A DNA stretch of 64,000 bases from Octopus bimaculoides (Eukaryota): positions 182,305,075-182,369,074 of the forward strand of contig NC_068981.1 in the NCBI RefSeq assembly GCF_001194135.2, written 5' to 3'. Positions 12,901 through 26,800 of this stretch are shown here, piece after piece. Position numbers and translations under genes: made by a program. Under the pieces are notes generated by a model, which worked only from the letters and a program-made list of their open reading frames with translations, ran no database searches and was not told the origin of the DNA. The number at the start of each line of letters is the position of its first letter. The first letter of the stretch is position 1.

Positions 12901-13736
12901 CAGATTTCACGGTAGTTGCTGACATAATAAAGAATATTAATAAGGTCATTGAGGAGTTAGTGTCTCAATCGCTAACTTTTGTATAGCAGGTGATAGATAC
13001 TCCTTATCTCACTGAAATTTCTGTCATTGACCTATTTAAATTATTTCCTTAAATATCAATGTTTCTCATAAAGGGTGCAAGGCTCCGTCCTAAGCGTGTA
13101 TGTAGTGGGAAGCAGTGAGAATTGAAAATGGTTTCAAATTTTGGCACAGGACCATCAGTTTTTAGAGGTGGGGTAAGTTAATTGCATCAGCCTCAGTACT
13201 TGACTGGTACTTACTTTATCGATACCAAAAGGACGAAAGGCAAAGTCGATTGAGAATTGAAAATTGTTTCAAATTTTGGCACAGGGCACAGTTTTTGAGA
13301 GGCGGGGTAAATTAATTGCTTGACCCCAGTACTTATCGATCCCAAAAGGATGAAAGGCAAAGTCGACCTTGGCGAAATCTTTACTCAGAACGCCAAGACG
13401 GACGAAATGTCGCGAAGCATTTTGTCCAGCTTGTTAACGATTCTGCCATCTCGCCAATTTAGTGAGGATTGAAAATAAGGCGAACAAATGTTTAATACAA
13501 ATAAATTAAGATGATTTCCAACTTTTAAAACTCTTCATTGATGCAGAAGGAAGAACTATATGACTGCAAAATCTATTTTGTTATTTCATTCATAAAGTTG
13601 GGAAGAAGTATCATGAATTTTCATTAAAATTTGGTGGAGCGAAGATTATATATGCCGCATTAGGAATATGAATCGTTATATCTTCACCACTTTAATAATT
13701 AACTCCCCTGAAAACACCTCTCTAACAGCATCTGCA

Positions 13737-13750
13737 GTTGTCAGGGTGAC
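13737..13750 (+). promoter_or_regulatory. Candidate RFX X-box upstream of IFT70
   Basis: GTTGTC-AG-GGTGAC fits 13/14 positions of the X-box consensus RTHNYY-WT-RRNRAC, about 95 bp before the ATG. IFT genes are established RFX targets. A forkhead-like GTAAACA lies at 13834-13840. Confidence 0.5.
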
Positions 13751-13843
13751 CAAGTAAATCTCTCCCACCCTCTCTAATTACGTTCTGTTATGAAGTGAAA
13801 AACTTATTTTGCAACGCACCTCAAGGCAATATAGTAAACAACA

Positions 13844-13897
13844 ATGGCCACAATACAGATTAAAGAGGGGGAATTCACCTCAACAATTTATGGGCAT
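13844..13897 (+). CDS. IFT70: IFT70 exon 1
   Basis: aacaATGG; MATIQIKEGEFTSTIYGH/gtaagt (compare recalled human AQIPDGEFTALVY). Confidence 0.88.
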
Positions 13898-16847
13898 GTA
13901 AGTTATTGGTTCCCATTATTTATTTGATATTTTTGAAATACTTATTTTCCAAACTTTTTCTCCAACAACAACAACGTCCCCTCACACAGCAAGTCATGTA
14001 AATCAGTTAAAATTCCCTTGCTTATTTTCCCCTTTTAGAACTTTATTTTATGAATATTGCTGGCCCATTGTATGTCAGTTTAAAAGATATAAGTATTTCA
14101 CCACATAAAAAAAGGCTGCCAGACTGATGGCAAACAGTAAAACAAGACGAAAGCAGAACATTATTGCCGTTTATTTTTTGTTTTCTGTTCTAACTTCATG
14201 TTCTCCGTAAATACCACATCTCTTGTGCTTAAAATAATTGAATTTCATTCCGTTTCTAGGAAATAAAAATACACTACACTCCAAATTGTTGCTTCACTCC
14301 AGAGAATAATTCGTTCTTTATTTATAGGCAAGTTGTCACAGCATCGCGTTAGTTACAATCAAACTAAGGTTATCTATAGAAGTATATTTTCTACAAAGTT
14401 AAGGAGAGTTTATTATTGATTTTTGTTCCTTAATTAATTTTATTTTTTACTTATTTAATTAGCCAATGACAACTTTCCCTGTTATTGATCTGTCGTTGAT
14501 TTCTATTCATTTCTATAGTACGTTGTTTTTGTTCTTGAGCTACAAGTCGGCCTGATTGAGGTAAAGCATTCCGGCCATGATTACCTCACCTGTTCTTTTT
14601 TTCTTTTCTTTTTTTTTTAAAGCATAGTGTTTTCTGAACTATGTTAACAATATGCCCTTTTTTTAACGGTAAGGTTGATTTGAAGGAGATTTTGTAACTA
14701 TTTCTAGCAAGTCAAACGACTACGCAGAGTCCCTTGGCTTGTTTAATTATTTGGTTATCTTGTCTCTGCGTTGTGGCGTAATGTATAATTTTTCTCTCGC
14801 TAGAATATCGATAATTTTATTTTTCTATCATCAGTAAGTTAGAAGTTGTCAAAATTCCGTGAAATTCTCATTTTAATGTCTCAAACCAGACTAACTTGCA
14901 ATTCATGTTAACTAATTGGTTAAAGTTTCACCAATTCTAATGGGACTAAACCAAAAACCACAATGGGACTAAACCAAAAACTTAACAACCTTAGCCATGC
15001 CTGTGCCTAAGCAACAACAACTACACCAGCAATTTTGTATAACTATAGAGTTGTGGAGCAGTGTATTCTGTTTTGTATAGTTAGATTTTCTTCATTATAG
15101 TATCTATTATATTGGTTTCAGATTTTGACACAAGGCCAGCAATTTCAGAGGAGGGGTAAGTTGATTATATCAACCCAAATGCTGAATTGGTATTTATTTT
15201 ATCAAACCTGAAAAGATGAAAGATGAAGTCGACCTTTGCAGAATTTGAACTCAGAACGTAAATACAGATGAAATGCTGCTAAGCAATTTGCTCGATGTGC
15301 TAACAATTCTGTCAGCTCACCACCTTATAGAATCCATTATATTATTCCAATGGGAATACTTTGTATCAGCTATTTCCCATACAAAATCTTTAGAGCTGGA
15401 ACACTAGAGCTGTTCATTCATGTTTAGAGATGTCCTTCATAAGTATGCACAAACAAACATCTCAGTAATAGTCAACATATACAGATTTTTCCTTTGTCTT
15501 CTTATTTTTGTTGTTTTCTCTTTCTATTTTCCTAAGATACGTGATCAACGTTATGTAGATGCTGTGCGATTATTGAACCACCAGCTTGAAACACACCCAA
15601 CTGTGAGTATTGTTTACTTTTATGTTTAGTTATGATAAAATTTACATTAATCTACTCACCGACATTGGGCCTCACCGAGGCGATGACTACGGACCGAGAC
15701 CTTTGGAAATGGGCTGTGCGTGAGAAGACCCGGCAAGCCAAGTAAGATCGTTGCCAGTGCCCCTGGACTGGTTCTTGTGCGGGTGGCACATGAGATGCAC
15801 CATTTTGAGCGTGGCCGTTGCCAGTACCGCCTGACTGGCTCCTGTAGGATTTTCGAGCGAGATCGTTGCCAGTGCCCCTGGACTGGCTTGTGCGGGTGGC
15901 ACATAAAAGACACCATTTCGAGCGTGGCCGTTTTCGTGCGGGTGACACGTAAAAGCACCCACTACACTCTCTGAGTGGTTGGCGTTAGGAAGGGCATCCA
16001 GCTGTAGAAACTCTGCCAAATCNNNNNNNNNNNNNNNNNNNNNNNNNNNNNNNNNNNNNNNNNNNNNNNNNNNNNNNNNNNNNNNNNNNNNNNNNNNNNN
16101 NNNNNNNNNNNNNNNNNNNNNNNNNNNNNNNNNNNNNNNNNNNNNNNNNNNNNNNNNNNNNNNNNNNNNNNNNNNNNNNNNNNNNNNNNNNNNNNNNNNN
16201 NNNNNNNNNNNNNNNNNNNNNNNNNNNNNNNNNNNNNNNNNNNNNNNNNNNNNNNNNNNNNNNNNNNNNNNNNNNNNNNNNNNNNNNNNNNNNNNNNNNN
16301 NNNNNNNNNNNNNNNNNNNNNNNNNNNNNNNNNNNNNNNNNNNNNNNNNNNNNNNNNNNNNNNNNNNNNNNNNNNNNNNNNNNNNNNNNNNNNNNNNNNN
16401 NNNNNNNNNNNNNNNNNNNNNNNNNNNNNNNNNNNNNNNNNNNNNNNNNNNNNNNNNNNNNNNNNNNNNNNNNNNTGTGTGTGTGTATGTATATGTATAT
16501 ATAAATGTTATTTGCAACAAAATAGCAATTGATAATATTCAAAATGTATCAAAACAAAAGTATATGAAAATAGAAATTTTATACATCATCTAAATGCTAA
16601 AGAGACTTCTGAAGTACCTTGTATATGTATATACAGGAGGGTACTGAAAAGTTCCTGGCTTTGGGTGAAAGAAAATACAAGAGGATCAGTTAATTACAAG
16701 TTTATTCAACATATTTCCCTCTCAAATTCACACCTTATTGCTGTAGTCCTTCAGTTTTACAAAGCCCTGGAAAAGAACTCAGAAGGTTGGGCCTCCAACC
16801 AGGCCTTTTGTGATACCCTTAAAGCCAGGAACTTTTCAGCACCCCTC

Positions 16848-16891
<44 letters not shown>

Positions 16892-17411
16892 TTTAAACTC
16901 ACATTGTTTAACTATTTAACTTAGAGTTTTCCATTCTCCAGTCACGCGCTGCGCTATCTTTGCTGGGATACTGCCATTTTCAACTGCAGAGCTTTGTCGA
17001 TGCTGCAGACTGCTATGAACAACTGTCCATTCTACATCCAGATGTTGAGAACTACAAACTTTATTATGCTCAATCATTATATAAAGCATGTCTTTACCAA
17101 GAGGCAATGAAAATCGCTTGTCAAATTGAGAGTTCAGATTATCAGGTGAAGGTATGTATTACAACGTATAGATATCAATTATTTCTCATTGTTATTCACT
17201 TCAATTTTTAAAATTGTGTTTGATTCTCATGAATTTCCAGGTACAAGCATTTAACGAACTTATAAATAAAAGATATTGGTGTATCCCAGGCAACATGGTC
17301 ATGATCTGTTACAGAGAGATGTGACAGGGTGATGCCATAGTAGGATGGTGAGAGGGGATGCTATGCTAAGAGAAGTAAGGCTGAGCTAGGAGGTTCATTC
17401 TTTCCTCTTAG

Positions 17412-17444
<33 letters not shown>

Positions 17445-20400
17445 CACAGACATGGCTGTATGGTTAGAAGCTTGCTTCCCAACCATGTGGTTCCAGGTTC
17501 AGTCTCACTGTATGACACTTTGGACAAGTGTCTTCTACTATAACCTCAGGCCGACCGAAGCCTTGTGAAAGAAGCCCGTTATATGTGTGTCTTTATGTCT
17601 GTGTTTCTCCTCCTATCACTGGTTTGGCAGTAGTGACCAGTAGAATAAAATACTAGGCTCAAACAAAAAAAAAAAAGGTCCTGGGGTCAATTTGTTCAAC
17701 TAAAAAAAAATCCTTCAAGGCAGTGCTCCAGCATGGCTGCAATCAAACGACTGAAACAAATAAAAGAATAATACCAGGAAGCAATAAACCACAGAACTCA
17801 GTATACAATGGCGGGTTATTTTTTAAAAATAAAATGCTAGTTAAGTGGTTCAAAACTGCCAGTACTCCGAGTTTCACACAGGTGCTCTTGCAGCTGATGT
17901 TCTGAGTTGTTTTAGGAGTTTGGCACCTTTAACTCACCTTGTTCTTCTTCTTCTTCTTTTGACTTCTTCATCTGACAAAATGATCTGTTTTTACTCAACA
18001 AGACCTAACTATTCTAAATTGATTGTTTGTGGTGGAGTTTGGAAAGAAGAGAATTTATTGCTTGAAATGTGATAGAAGGACATCTAAGCACTGACTCTCT
18101 GGTTATGTCATAATAAGAAAATTTATGTGTATTTGTGTGTGTGGTTGTAATATGAGATCCTTGAATTAAAATCATATGTGATTTGTTAAACATCATTACA
18201 GAATTTCCTTGTAAGGTTTCTTCTAAATATTGCAGAAGAAATAAATGTACATGTATCCACAAACCCATTTTAGTTCATTGAAATTTAATTTAATGTTTAG
18301 CACAGTATTTTATATTTGATGTGATTTTTTTTTCAGGTTACCAAACTGCAAGCTGCTATAAAATATGGGGAAGAGGACCTTCCTGGGGCAAAAGTAAGAT
18401 TTGCTTCAAAATGTCTAAAACTAGCTTTAATAAACTGTTCTCTCTTTTTCTGTCTTACCCTCCCCTTTATATGCGTTTGTGTGTGTACGTATGTATGTAC
18501 ATTTATGCATGTGTCTGGTATGAATTAATATTTACATCAATAAAAGGGTATTGGGTGGTTGAAATGGCAGGGTGTTAGGCAAAGTGCTCTTCCAGTATTT
18601 CAATGCTGACATGGGCTGGATGGGGTGTCATGATCCAAGACAGTTCTTATTTAGATTTACTGTCTTCTAGATGGGTACACATGACTCAGTGGTTAGAGCA
18701 TCTGACTCACAATAATGAGGTAGTGAGTTCGATTCCCGGACCAGAATGTGTGTTGTGTTCTTGGGCAAGACACTTTATTTCATGTTGCTCCAGTTCACTC
18801 AGCTGTAGAAATAAGTTGTGATGTCACTGGTGCCAAGCTGTATTGGCCTTTGCCTTTCCCTTGGGTTACATTGGTGGCATGGAGAGGGGAGACTGGTATG
18901 CATGGGTGACTGCTGGTCTTCAATAAACAACCTTACCTGGACTTGTGCATTCATGACCGAAGGGGGTCTTTTAGATGAGTCAGAAGTTCATGTCTCTCTC
19001 ATATCATCATCATCATCGTTTAACATCCGTTTTCCATGCTAGCATGGGTTGGATGGTTCAACCAGGGTCTGGAAGCCAGGAGGCTGTACCAGGCTCCAGT
19101 CTGATCTGGCAATGTTTCTACATGCCACCAATACGGAAGCCAGTCAAGGTGGTGCTGGCATCGGCCACGCTTGGATGGTGCTTTTTACGTGCCACCGGCA
19201 TGAGTATCACAACTACAATTTCCATTTGATTTTTATTTTGATGTTGATGTACTTCACTCAAGGTCTCCTCAAGCACAGCAGGTCGCCCTACAATCCAAGG
19301 CACTTGAATGGGCTGGGGCTGGGGCTGGTTATGTGTAGCTGGTGTAGGATACGCCGTGAACTCACTTTATTTGCCGGGTCTTCACAGTCACAGCATATCT
19401 CCAGAGGTCTTGGTCTTTGCCTCATATGTTTCAATTTTTGTATGCTTTCTACAGCTAGATGTCCCTCTAACACATTCACTTTGTATTTCACTATAACAAC
19501 AACAACAAAACTGAAGAGCTCTCTTGACCTTCTGGTGTGTCTGGTCAGTCAATGTAGCCAAGGAGAGAAAGAACGGTGGGGAATGAGAGTGTGATGTCAT
19601 CAGGGCCAGGGTAAATGAATGAAAGGACCGAGGGTTATGTGAACTTGCTATTAATGTTAAATTTTTATTAATTTTCTACAGGCTCTGGTTGACCAATGTC
19701 CACCACAGGATTCTGACACTGAATTAAATCAAGCTTGTATCTTATTCAAGGTTAGTAAGACATAATGTAAATGTTTTAAAATCCTTTAGGCAATTCAAGT
19801 GGGAAGTTAGGCAAAATATATAACGTGAAGCCAATGAATTGAAATACATGGCCACCGTGAGAAATATTGTCATGAAAGGATTACTGAAATATTTTCACTG
19901 GAGTTCTAATAATTAATAGCTAGCAATTAAATCTCTGGAGACATGCAATGTATCTTTGGATGAAAATTTAAAAAAATATTTATCATATTTGTTTTTAGAT
20001 AATTCCATCTTTTGCTTGTTTCAGTCGTTAGACTGTGACCATGTTGGAACACCACCTTCAAGAGCCTTAGGTCAAATGTATGAACCCCAGTACTTATTCT
20101 ATCAGTGTACTTTGCTGAACCACTAAGTTATGGGAACATAAACACACCAACACTAGTTGTCAAGTGATGCTGGGGAACAAGCACACACATGACGGGCTTC
20201 TTTCAGTTTCTATCTACCAAGTCTGCTCACAAGGCTTTGGTATGCCTGAGGCTATAGTAGAAGACATTTGCCCTAGCAGTGGGACTGAACCTGCAACCAT
20301 GTGATTGGGAAGCACACTCCTTACCACACAGTCATGCACCATCATCTAAGATGGTTGAGTTCAAATCCTACCCAGGTCAACTTTGCCTTTCATCCTTTCA

Positions 20401-23400
20401 GGGATCAATATCATAAAGTACCAGTTCAATACTGGCTTGATGTAATCAACTCACTCAAAATTGCTGACCTTCTGCTTAAATCAGAAACAGTATTATCTTA
20501 GATGTTTCCATTATCAATTTGTCTGTTTGACCGTCTTGCTTGCATGCAAAGGATGTTTCTTTTTTTTTTTTAATATAATTATTGACCTATTTTTATTTTT
20601 TGACCTCATATCAACTTGCCCAAATCAGCAAAGCTACGAAAAGGCATAATCTGATTTTTTAATGCAATTTCTGAAGGCGTACGAACCACATGGTTCCAGG
20701 TTCAGTCCCACTGCATGGCACCTTGGGCAAATGTCTTCTACTATAGCCTCGGGCCGACCAAAGCCTTGTGAGTGGATTTGGTAGACGGAAACTGAAAGAA
20801 GCCTGTCGTATATATGTATATATATATATATATATATATGTGTATCTCCCTTTCTCCCTTCCCCATTTTCACACTACATACGTCAAGATCACCAGCATTC
20901 TACCTCCTACACACAGCCCCTCGTTCCCGATCACCGTTTGTTATCTCCCCCTTTCTTAGCTCTCCTGAAATAAGAATTTCTAACTTCCGGTCAGCCATTG
21001 TTATGATCGGCNNNNNNNNNNGTTGAAGAGCGTAGCTCGAAACGTCAAAGACTTTCCGTATTCCCGAGCGTCATACTAATATATACTTTTGTTATTTACA
21101 CCACCTGTCCTCGTCTGTTGTTATTATTTGTATATTCTCCCATATATATGTGTATGTGTCTGTGTTTGTCCCCCCAACATTACTTGACAACCGATGGTGG
21201 TGTGTTTACGTTCCCATAACTTAGTGGTTCGGCAAAAGAGACTGATAGAATAAGTACTAGGCTTACAAAGAATAAGTTCTGGGGTCGATTTGCTTGACTA
21301 AAGGCGGTGCTCCAGCATGGCCAGTCAAATGACTGAAACAAGTAAAAGAGTAACCTTTCTTATTGTAATCGATAAAAAATATTTGATGTAAATTGGATTA
21401 ATAAATTTATTTATTTATTATTTATTAGTACCTTTTGTTTCTTCAATAGGAAAACCACTTTGAAGAGGCATGTAAGAAATTTGTTGCTGCCATGCAAGTC
21501 ACTGGTTACAATGCTGAGACAGCCTATAGTATTGCATTGTGCTTCTATATGATGAAGCAGTATTCAGCCTCATTAAAGTATATTAATGAAATAATTGAGA
21601 GAGGAGCACAGGAGCATCCAGGTAAAAATATAACTAAACTTAGAACTTTTTAAATAGTTTCTTTTCCTATTTTGATGTTTGTTTAATCATTTTGTTACTC
21701 TATTTCTGTTGAAATACACTGACTTTGGTTTCAATTTTGAAAATAATAAAGGATTTAGTAAAATACGTTTGTCCTCATTAATCTGGTGTTTGGAACATAA
21801 ATTAATATGAAATTTTGATGGTGTGTTTTAATTTAGACCACTTTCCAAATGTTTATCAGTTACACCAGCACTACCACCACTGCTATCACTGACATCCCCA
21901 CCACCACCACCACCACCACTGTTGTTGTTGGCACTTTGTCGCTTATGACGTCAAGGGTTCCAGTTGATCCGATCAACGAAACAGCCAGCTCGTGAAATTA
22001 ACGTGCAAGTGGCTGAGCACTCCACAGACACGTGTACCCTTAACGTAGTTCTCGAGGATATTCAGCGTGACACAGTGTGACAAAGCTGACCCTTTAAATT
22101 ACAGGCACAACAGAAACAGGAAGTAAGAGTGAGAGAAAGTTGTGGTGAAAGAGTACAGCAGGGTTCACCACCATCTCCTGCCAGAGCCTCGTGGAGCTTT
22201 AGGTGTTTTCGCTCAATAAACACTCACAACGCCCGGTCTGGGAATCGAAACCGCGATCCTATGACCGCGAGTCTGCTGCCCTAACCACTGGGCCATTGCG
22301 CCTCCACATCCACCACCACTATAGCCACAAGAACAGCAATAGCATATTTGTAATGGGGAATTGGCAAAAATATTAGTTAACCCATTAGCATCTAAACCGG
22401 CCATATCCGTCCAAAATATTGTACTGGTTTTATGTTTGCTCTCACCAGGCCTTTTCAACCTACCTTACAATGTCATTCTAAAAATAATCAATCACATCAT
22501 TGAAATCTTAAAGCTACAAGATAATACCTGATTAATTCAAAACATTTTGAGGGGAAAAGCATTACATTTGAGAGAGAAATCTGAACACTAAAGGGTTAAA
22601 TGAAGATGCTTATAAATTAACAACCAAATACTTGTTTCTGTGACCATCATCTATACTATTTGTTTCTTGTAGATCTTGATATTGGTATGACTACAATGGG
22701 ACTTGAAACCCGTAGTGTTGGCAACACATTAGTATTACAAGAGACAGGACTTGTACAAGCTTTCAATCTTAAAGCTAACATTGAATATCAACTGAAAAAT
22801 AGTAAGTCAGACTACAGATCACCTCTACTTTCTGTTTTGACAGATCTAATTTTACAAAAGTTGTATAAATCTCCATTTGTATTCATCATTCTCATCATCA
22901 TTATCATAGCAAATTGGCAGTCATTAAAGAATCAGACAAAGTGCCTGGTGTTATTTATTTTGGTTTCTTATGTTTTGGGTTCAAATCTTTCAGTGGTCGA
23001 CTTTGCCTTTTATCTTTCTTCTGAAATCAATGAATGAAATACCAGTGTTTCTGTTATCTTTATCTTTTATCATATTTTCTTGTTTCAGTCCTTAGACTGT
23101 GGCCATGCTGGGGCACTGCCTTGAAGAATTTCTAGTTGAGTGAATCAACCCCAAACTTACATTTTTTAAGCTTGATACTTATTTTATTTACTGTTAAAAT
23201 TTATGTGCAATGAACTGGTTTTACTTCTACAATGCATAAAATATTTGAACAATTTTTTACACAATTAGCCTCAGGCTGACCAAAGCCTTGTGAGTGGATT
23301 TGGTAGATGGAACCTGTAAGAAGCCTGTCATATATATATATATATATATATTATTATTATTGTTGTATTTTGACCTGAAGATTAGCTATATTTTTGAATA

Positions 23401-23713
23401 GAATTGATTTTCGATAGTTTTAATCGATTTTAATTGATTTAAATTTTCTTTCTATTTGCTTTTACTTATCAATTTTCTTTCTATTGTGCTTTTACTTGTT
23501 AATTTTTCTATATGTGACAGTGGATTTTCATCGATGAGTTCCTGAACCTTGGTTCTTTTCCCTAAAACTATATATNNNNNNNNNNNNNNNNNNNNNNNNN
23601 NNNNNNNNNNNNNNNNNNNNNNNNNNNNNNNNNNNNNNNNNNNNNNNNNNNNNNNNNNNNNNNNNNNNNNNNNNNNNNNNNNNNNNNNNNNNNNNNNNNN
23701 NNNNNNNNNNNNN

Positions 23714-23752
<39 letters not shown>

Positions 23753-26700
23753 GTTTGTGTGTCTGTGTTTGTCCTGCCACCATTGTTTGACAATCGACGT
23801 TGGTGTTTCTATGTCCCTGTAACTTAGCAGTTCGGTAAAAGTGACCGATAGAATAAGTACTAGGCTTACAAAGAATAAGTCCTGGGGTCAATTTGTTCGA
23901 CTAAAGGTGGTGCTTCAGCATGGCCGCAGTCAAATGATTGAAACAAGTAAAAAAATAAAAAAAGAAAAGAATTCTTTAAAACAGACATGGAACCTGGGCA
24001 GCTCTTCAGCTGACCAGCTCCTGCCAAGCCGTCCAACCCATGCCAGCATGGAAAACAGATGCTAAAAGAGAATTCTAAAAATATAATGGGACTTTTTTAA
24101 GCAATGAATGTTTATTAGGGTCCACTGGAGTAAAATCGGAATCAAAGGCTTTGGTCAGCCTGGGTCTCTAGTAAAAGACACTTAATCATGGTGTCATGCA
24201 GTAGGACTGAACCTGGCACCACATGGTTGGAAAGCAAGCTTCTGAACCACCATTATTCAAGCTGAGAACTATTGATGTTAAAGTGATGATGATGATTATG
24301 ATGTATGCTCATGTGTGCAAGTGTTTATGCATTTATATATGCACACACACACATACACATATATGCATACATTTTTTTAATATATATTTTTCTTTGCTCT
24401 TGTTTTTAGTAAAAGCAGCACGTGAAGCCCTCACTGACATGCCTCCACGCTCTGAAGAGGAGCTAGATGTTGTGACCTTACACAATCAAGCACTTATCAA
24501 CATGGACATTGAACCAACTCGCGGCTTTGGCAAACTTCAGTTCCTCATGCAACAGCCAACATTTCCTCCGGAAACCTTTGGAAATCTTCTCATTCTTTAT
24601 ATAAAATATGAAGTAAATATTCCTGCTGGATTTGAAACCATTTCGTTTTGACACATTTTAAAATTCAACTCATTGGATTGTTTAATTCTTTATTTTGAGA
24701 AAGATTTTCTTATAGATCTTTTTATATATCAGCATGTCTTTTATCTTTTACTTGTTTCAGTTATTAGACTGTGGCCATGCTGGGTTACAAGTGTTTTGTA
24801 AAACTGGGAATATGTTAATAAGAAGACTTTATTTTAAATTTCTTGTGAATGTTTAACATTTAATTCCTCTTTTTTATTTTTCTGTTTTTCACTCTCAGTA
24901 TTTTGACCTTGCTGCAGATGTTCTCGCAGAAAATGCTCACCTTACATTCAAATACCTGATGCCAGTAAGTATTGAAAGCAAGGTTAACACATCATCATCA
25001 TCATTGTCATCAACATCATTTTGCATCCATTTTCCATGCTTGGGTTTGACAGGAGCCAGGAAGCCAGAGGACTGCACCAAGCACCAATGTCTCTTGGTGT
25101 GGTTTTTATGGTTGGATGTCCTTAATACCAACCACATTACAGAATACTTTGGGAGCTTTTTACCTGGCTATGGAACTAGTGAGGTCACTAAGTAACTCAC
25201 AAGACAAGACCTCCTCACCTGAAACAGTGTATTTTTCAGAGTGGGGTGTCTTTATGCCAGGTGATGAAGGGGCATTGTGTCTGGTCATGGAAGTGCTGTT
25301 ATGAAAATTTATTAAGTGTGGAGAATGCTTGAGGAACTTGACAAAGAGATCGACCATTTTAGTAAATACTAGTATGATAGATAAAATTAAATATGAGTGC
25401 AAGAAAAGTCCCAAGCCAATCAGAAATTACTGTTGAGTGCTTAAAATATTTGGTGAAGTAGGATCTGAACTAATCACCTGTATAGTCAATCAGGAATGTC
25501 TTCCCCAATGACTGAATGTGCAGGAGTAATAAGCACTCAGAGTGCACAGGAAATATTGCCAGGGGGATCCCTAGAGGTAGTAGATAGTGTCTTAGGTAAT
25601 CTAATGAGCAGTGATTGAGGATGTTCTGAAAGTATTACTATACAGAGTAAGAACAGGCTAGAGAAAGGTCAGGAAGTTTATACCAGAAGATTTTTCTCTC
25701 AGAATGAAAGGTAGACTATAATAATTGTGCATGAACTGCAATGCTACATGGTAGTAAGACATGAGCCCTGAGTGCAGAGGATGTGTGGAGAGTAGAAAGA
25801 AATGAAGATGAAGGGGCAAGTTTGCAAACGCTATGAACATTGTTTTGCTTATGCAGACTAAATAAGGATGAGATAGAAAACTTTTGGTGAAACTCAGTTT
25901 CTTTTACACCAGAATAGATCTATACTTGGGTAAATCTCAACTCACATATTTATCTATATTGTTTACTGGAGACTATTTTCTCAAGTAATGAGTTTCTTGA
26001 TAATTAAGTTGAAGTTAAGTCAGGAAAGAATATTTCATAGGTTTTGTGTTCTGATAGTGCAGATAAAGAAATAATTTTCATCAATGCCATATGATACGAA
26101 GATCACATTATGTTATAAAGATTATTTACTTTTTGATATCAAGAGAGTATTATATGTAGAGATCATTGTGTTACTAAACTGTTATCCTTGTAGTATCAAT
26201 ATTGTTAGCTTTGTAGACAGCAATGTGATATCAAATAGTTATGTATGTGGTATCAAGACAGCATTGTGATCTCTAGACCATAAAGCATTTAACTGTATTA
26301 TGTACAATACAAATGAACACTTTTTGCTTGGGATACTGTTAATGTATTTTAGAAATATCATAGTGGCTTTGCTTCTGCTTGGCATAAATATTTATTTATT
26401 TTCTTGTAAGTACATAGTTCTTTATCTTTAGTTACATTTTACATTACTAAATTTCTCATTTCTCTCTAGGAACTTTATGACTTCCTTGAAGCTGTCATCA
26501 TGAGACAAACATCCCCTGAAGATGCTTATCGTAAGCTTGATGAGATGGCTAGCAGAAAGACAGAAACCTTGCGTAAACTCACTAAACAGGTAATTTTGTT
26601 CTTGTCATCAACATTTATATATCTACTTTATTTCTGTATGTATTTACTTTATCTCTATAAATATATGTCTACTCTGTACATGTGTATAAGTATACACTTG

Positions 26701-26759
26701 CTGTGTATACTCTGTCTCTGTAGATGTATACTGTATTTGAATGTGTCCACTCTATCTTT

Positions 26760-26800
<41 letters not shown>

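Noticed and set aside
15749-15960. Regular repeat units that could be mistaken for a CRISPR array
   Set aside because: Eukaryotic intron, no unique spacers; these are tandem units of a LINE 3' UTR.
15687-16593. Long ORFs (277, 204, 185 aa); likewise the gap-spanning ORFs at 28845-29908, 23452-23891 and 53228-53689
   Set aside because: Length comes from N runs. Only the PLE peptide (29697-30015) and the HACL1 exon start are real coding sequence.
17146-17153. Tandem donors CAG/gtgaag/gtatgt at IFT70 exon 3
   Set aside because: Protein alignment favours the downstream donor; no evidence for the 6-nt shorter form without transcripts.
22230-22307. tRNA-like sequence with A and B boxes
   Set aside because: No proper acceptor or anticodon stems, and it continues into a SINE body with tail and TSD. 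The same applies to the other SINE heads; no true tRNA gene was found.
23350-23575. AT-rich insert with CTGAAGA and a short minus-strand frame (IERKLISKSK)
   Set aside because: No GAAA or stem II for a hammerhead, and too little sequence to assign; noted only as a (TA)n-flanked insert.
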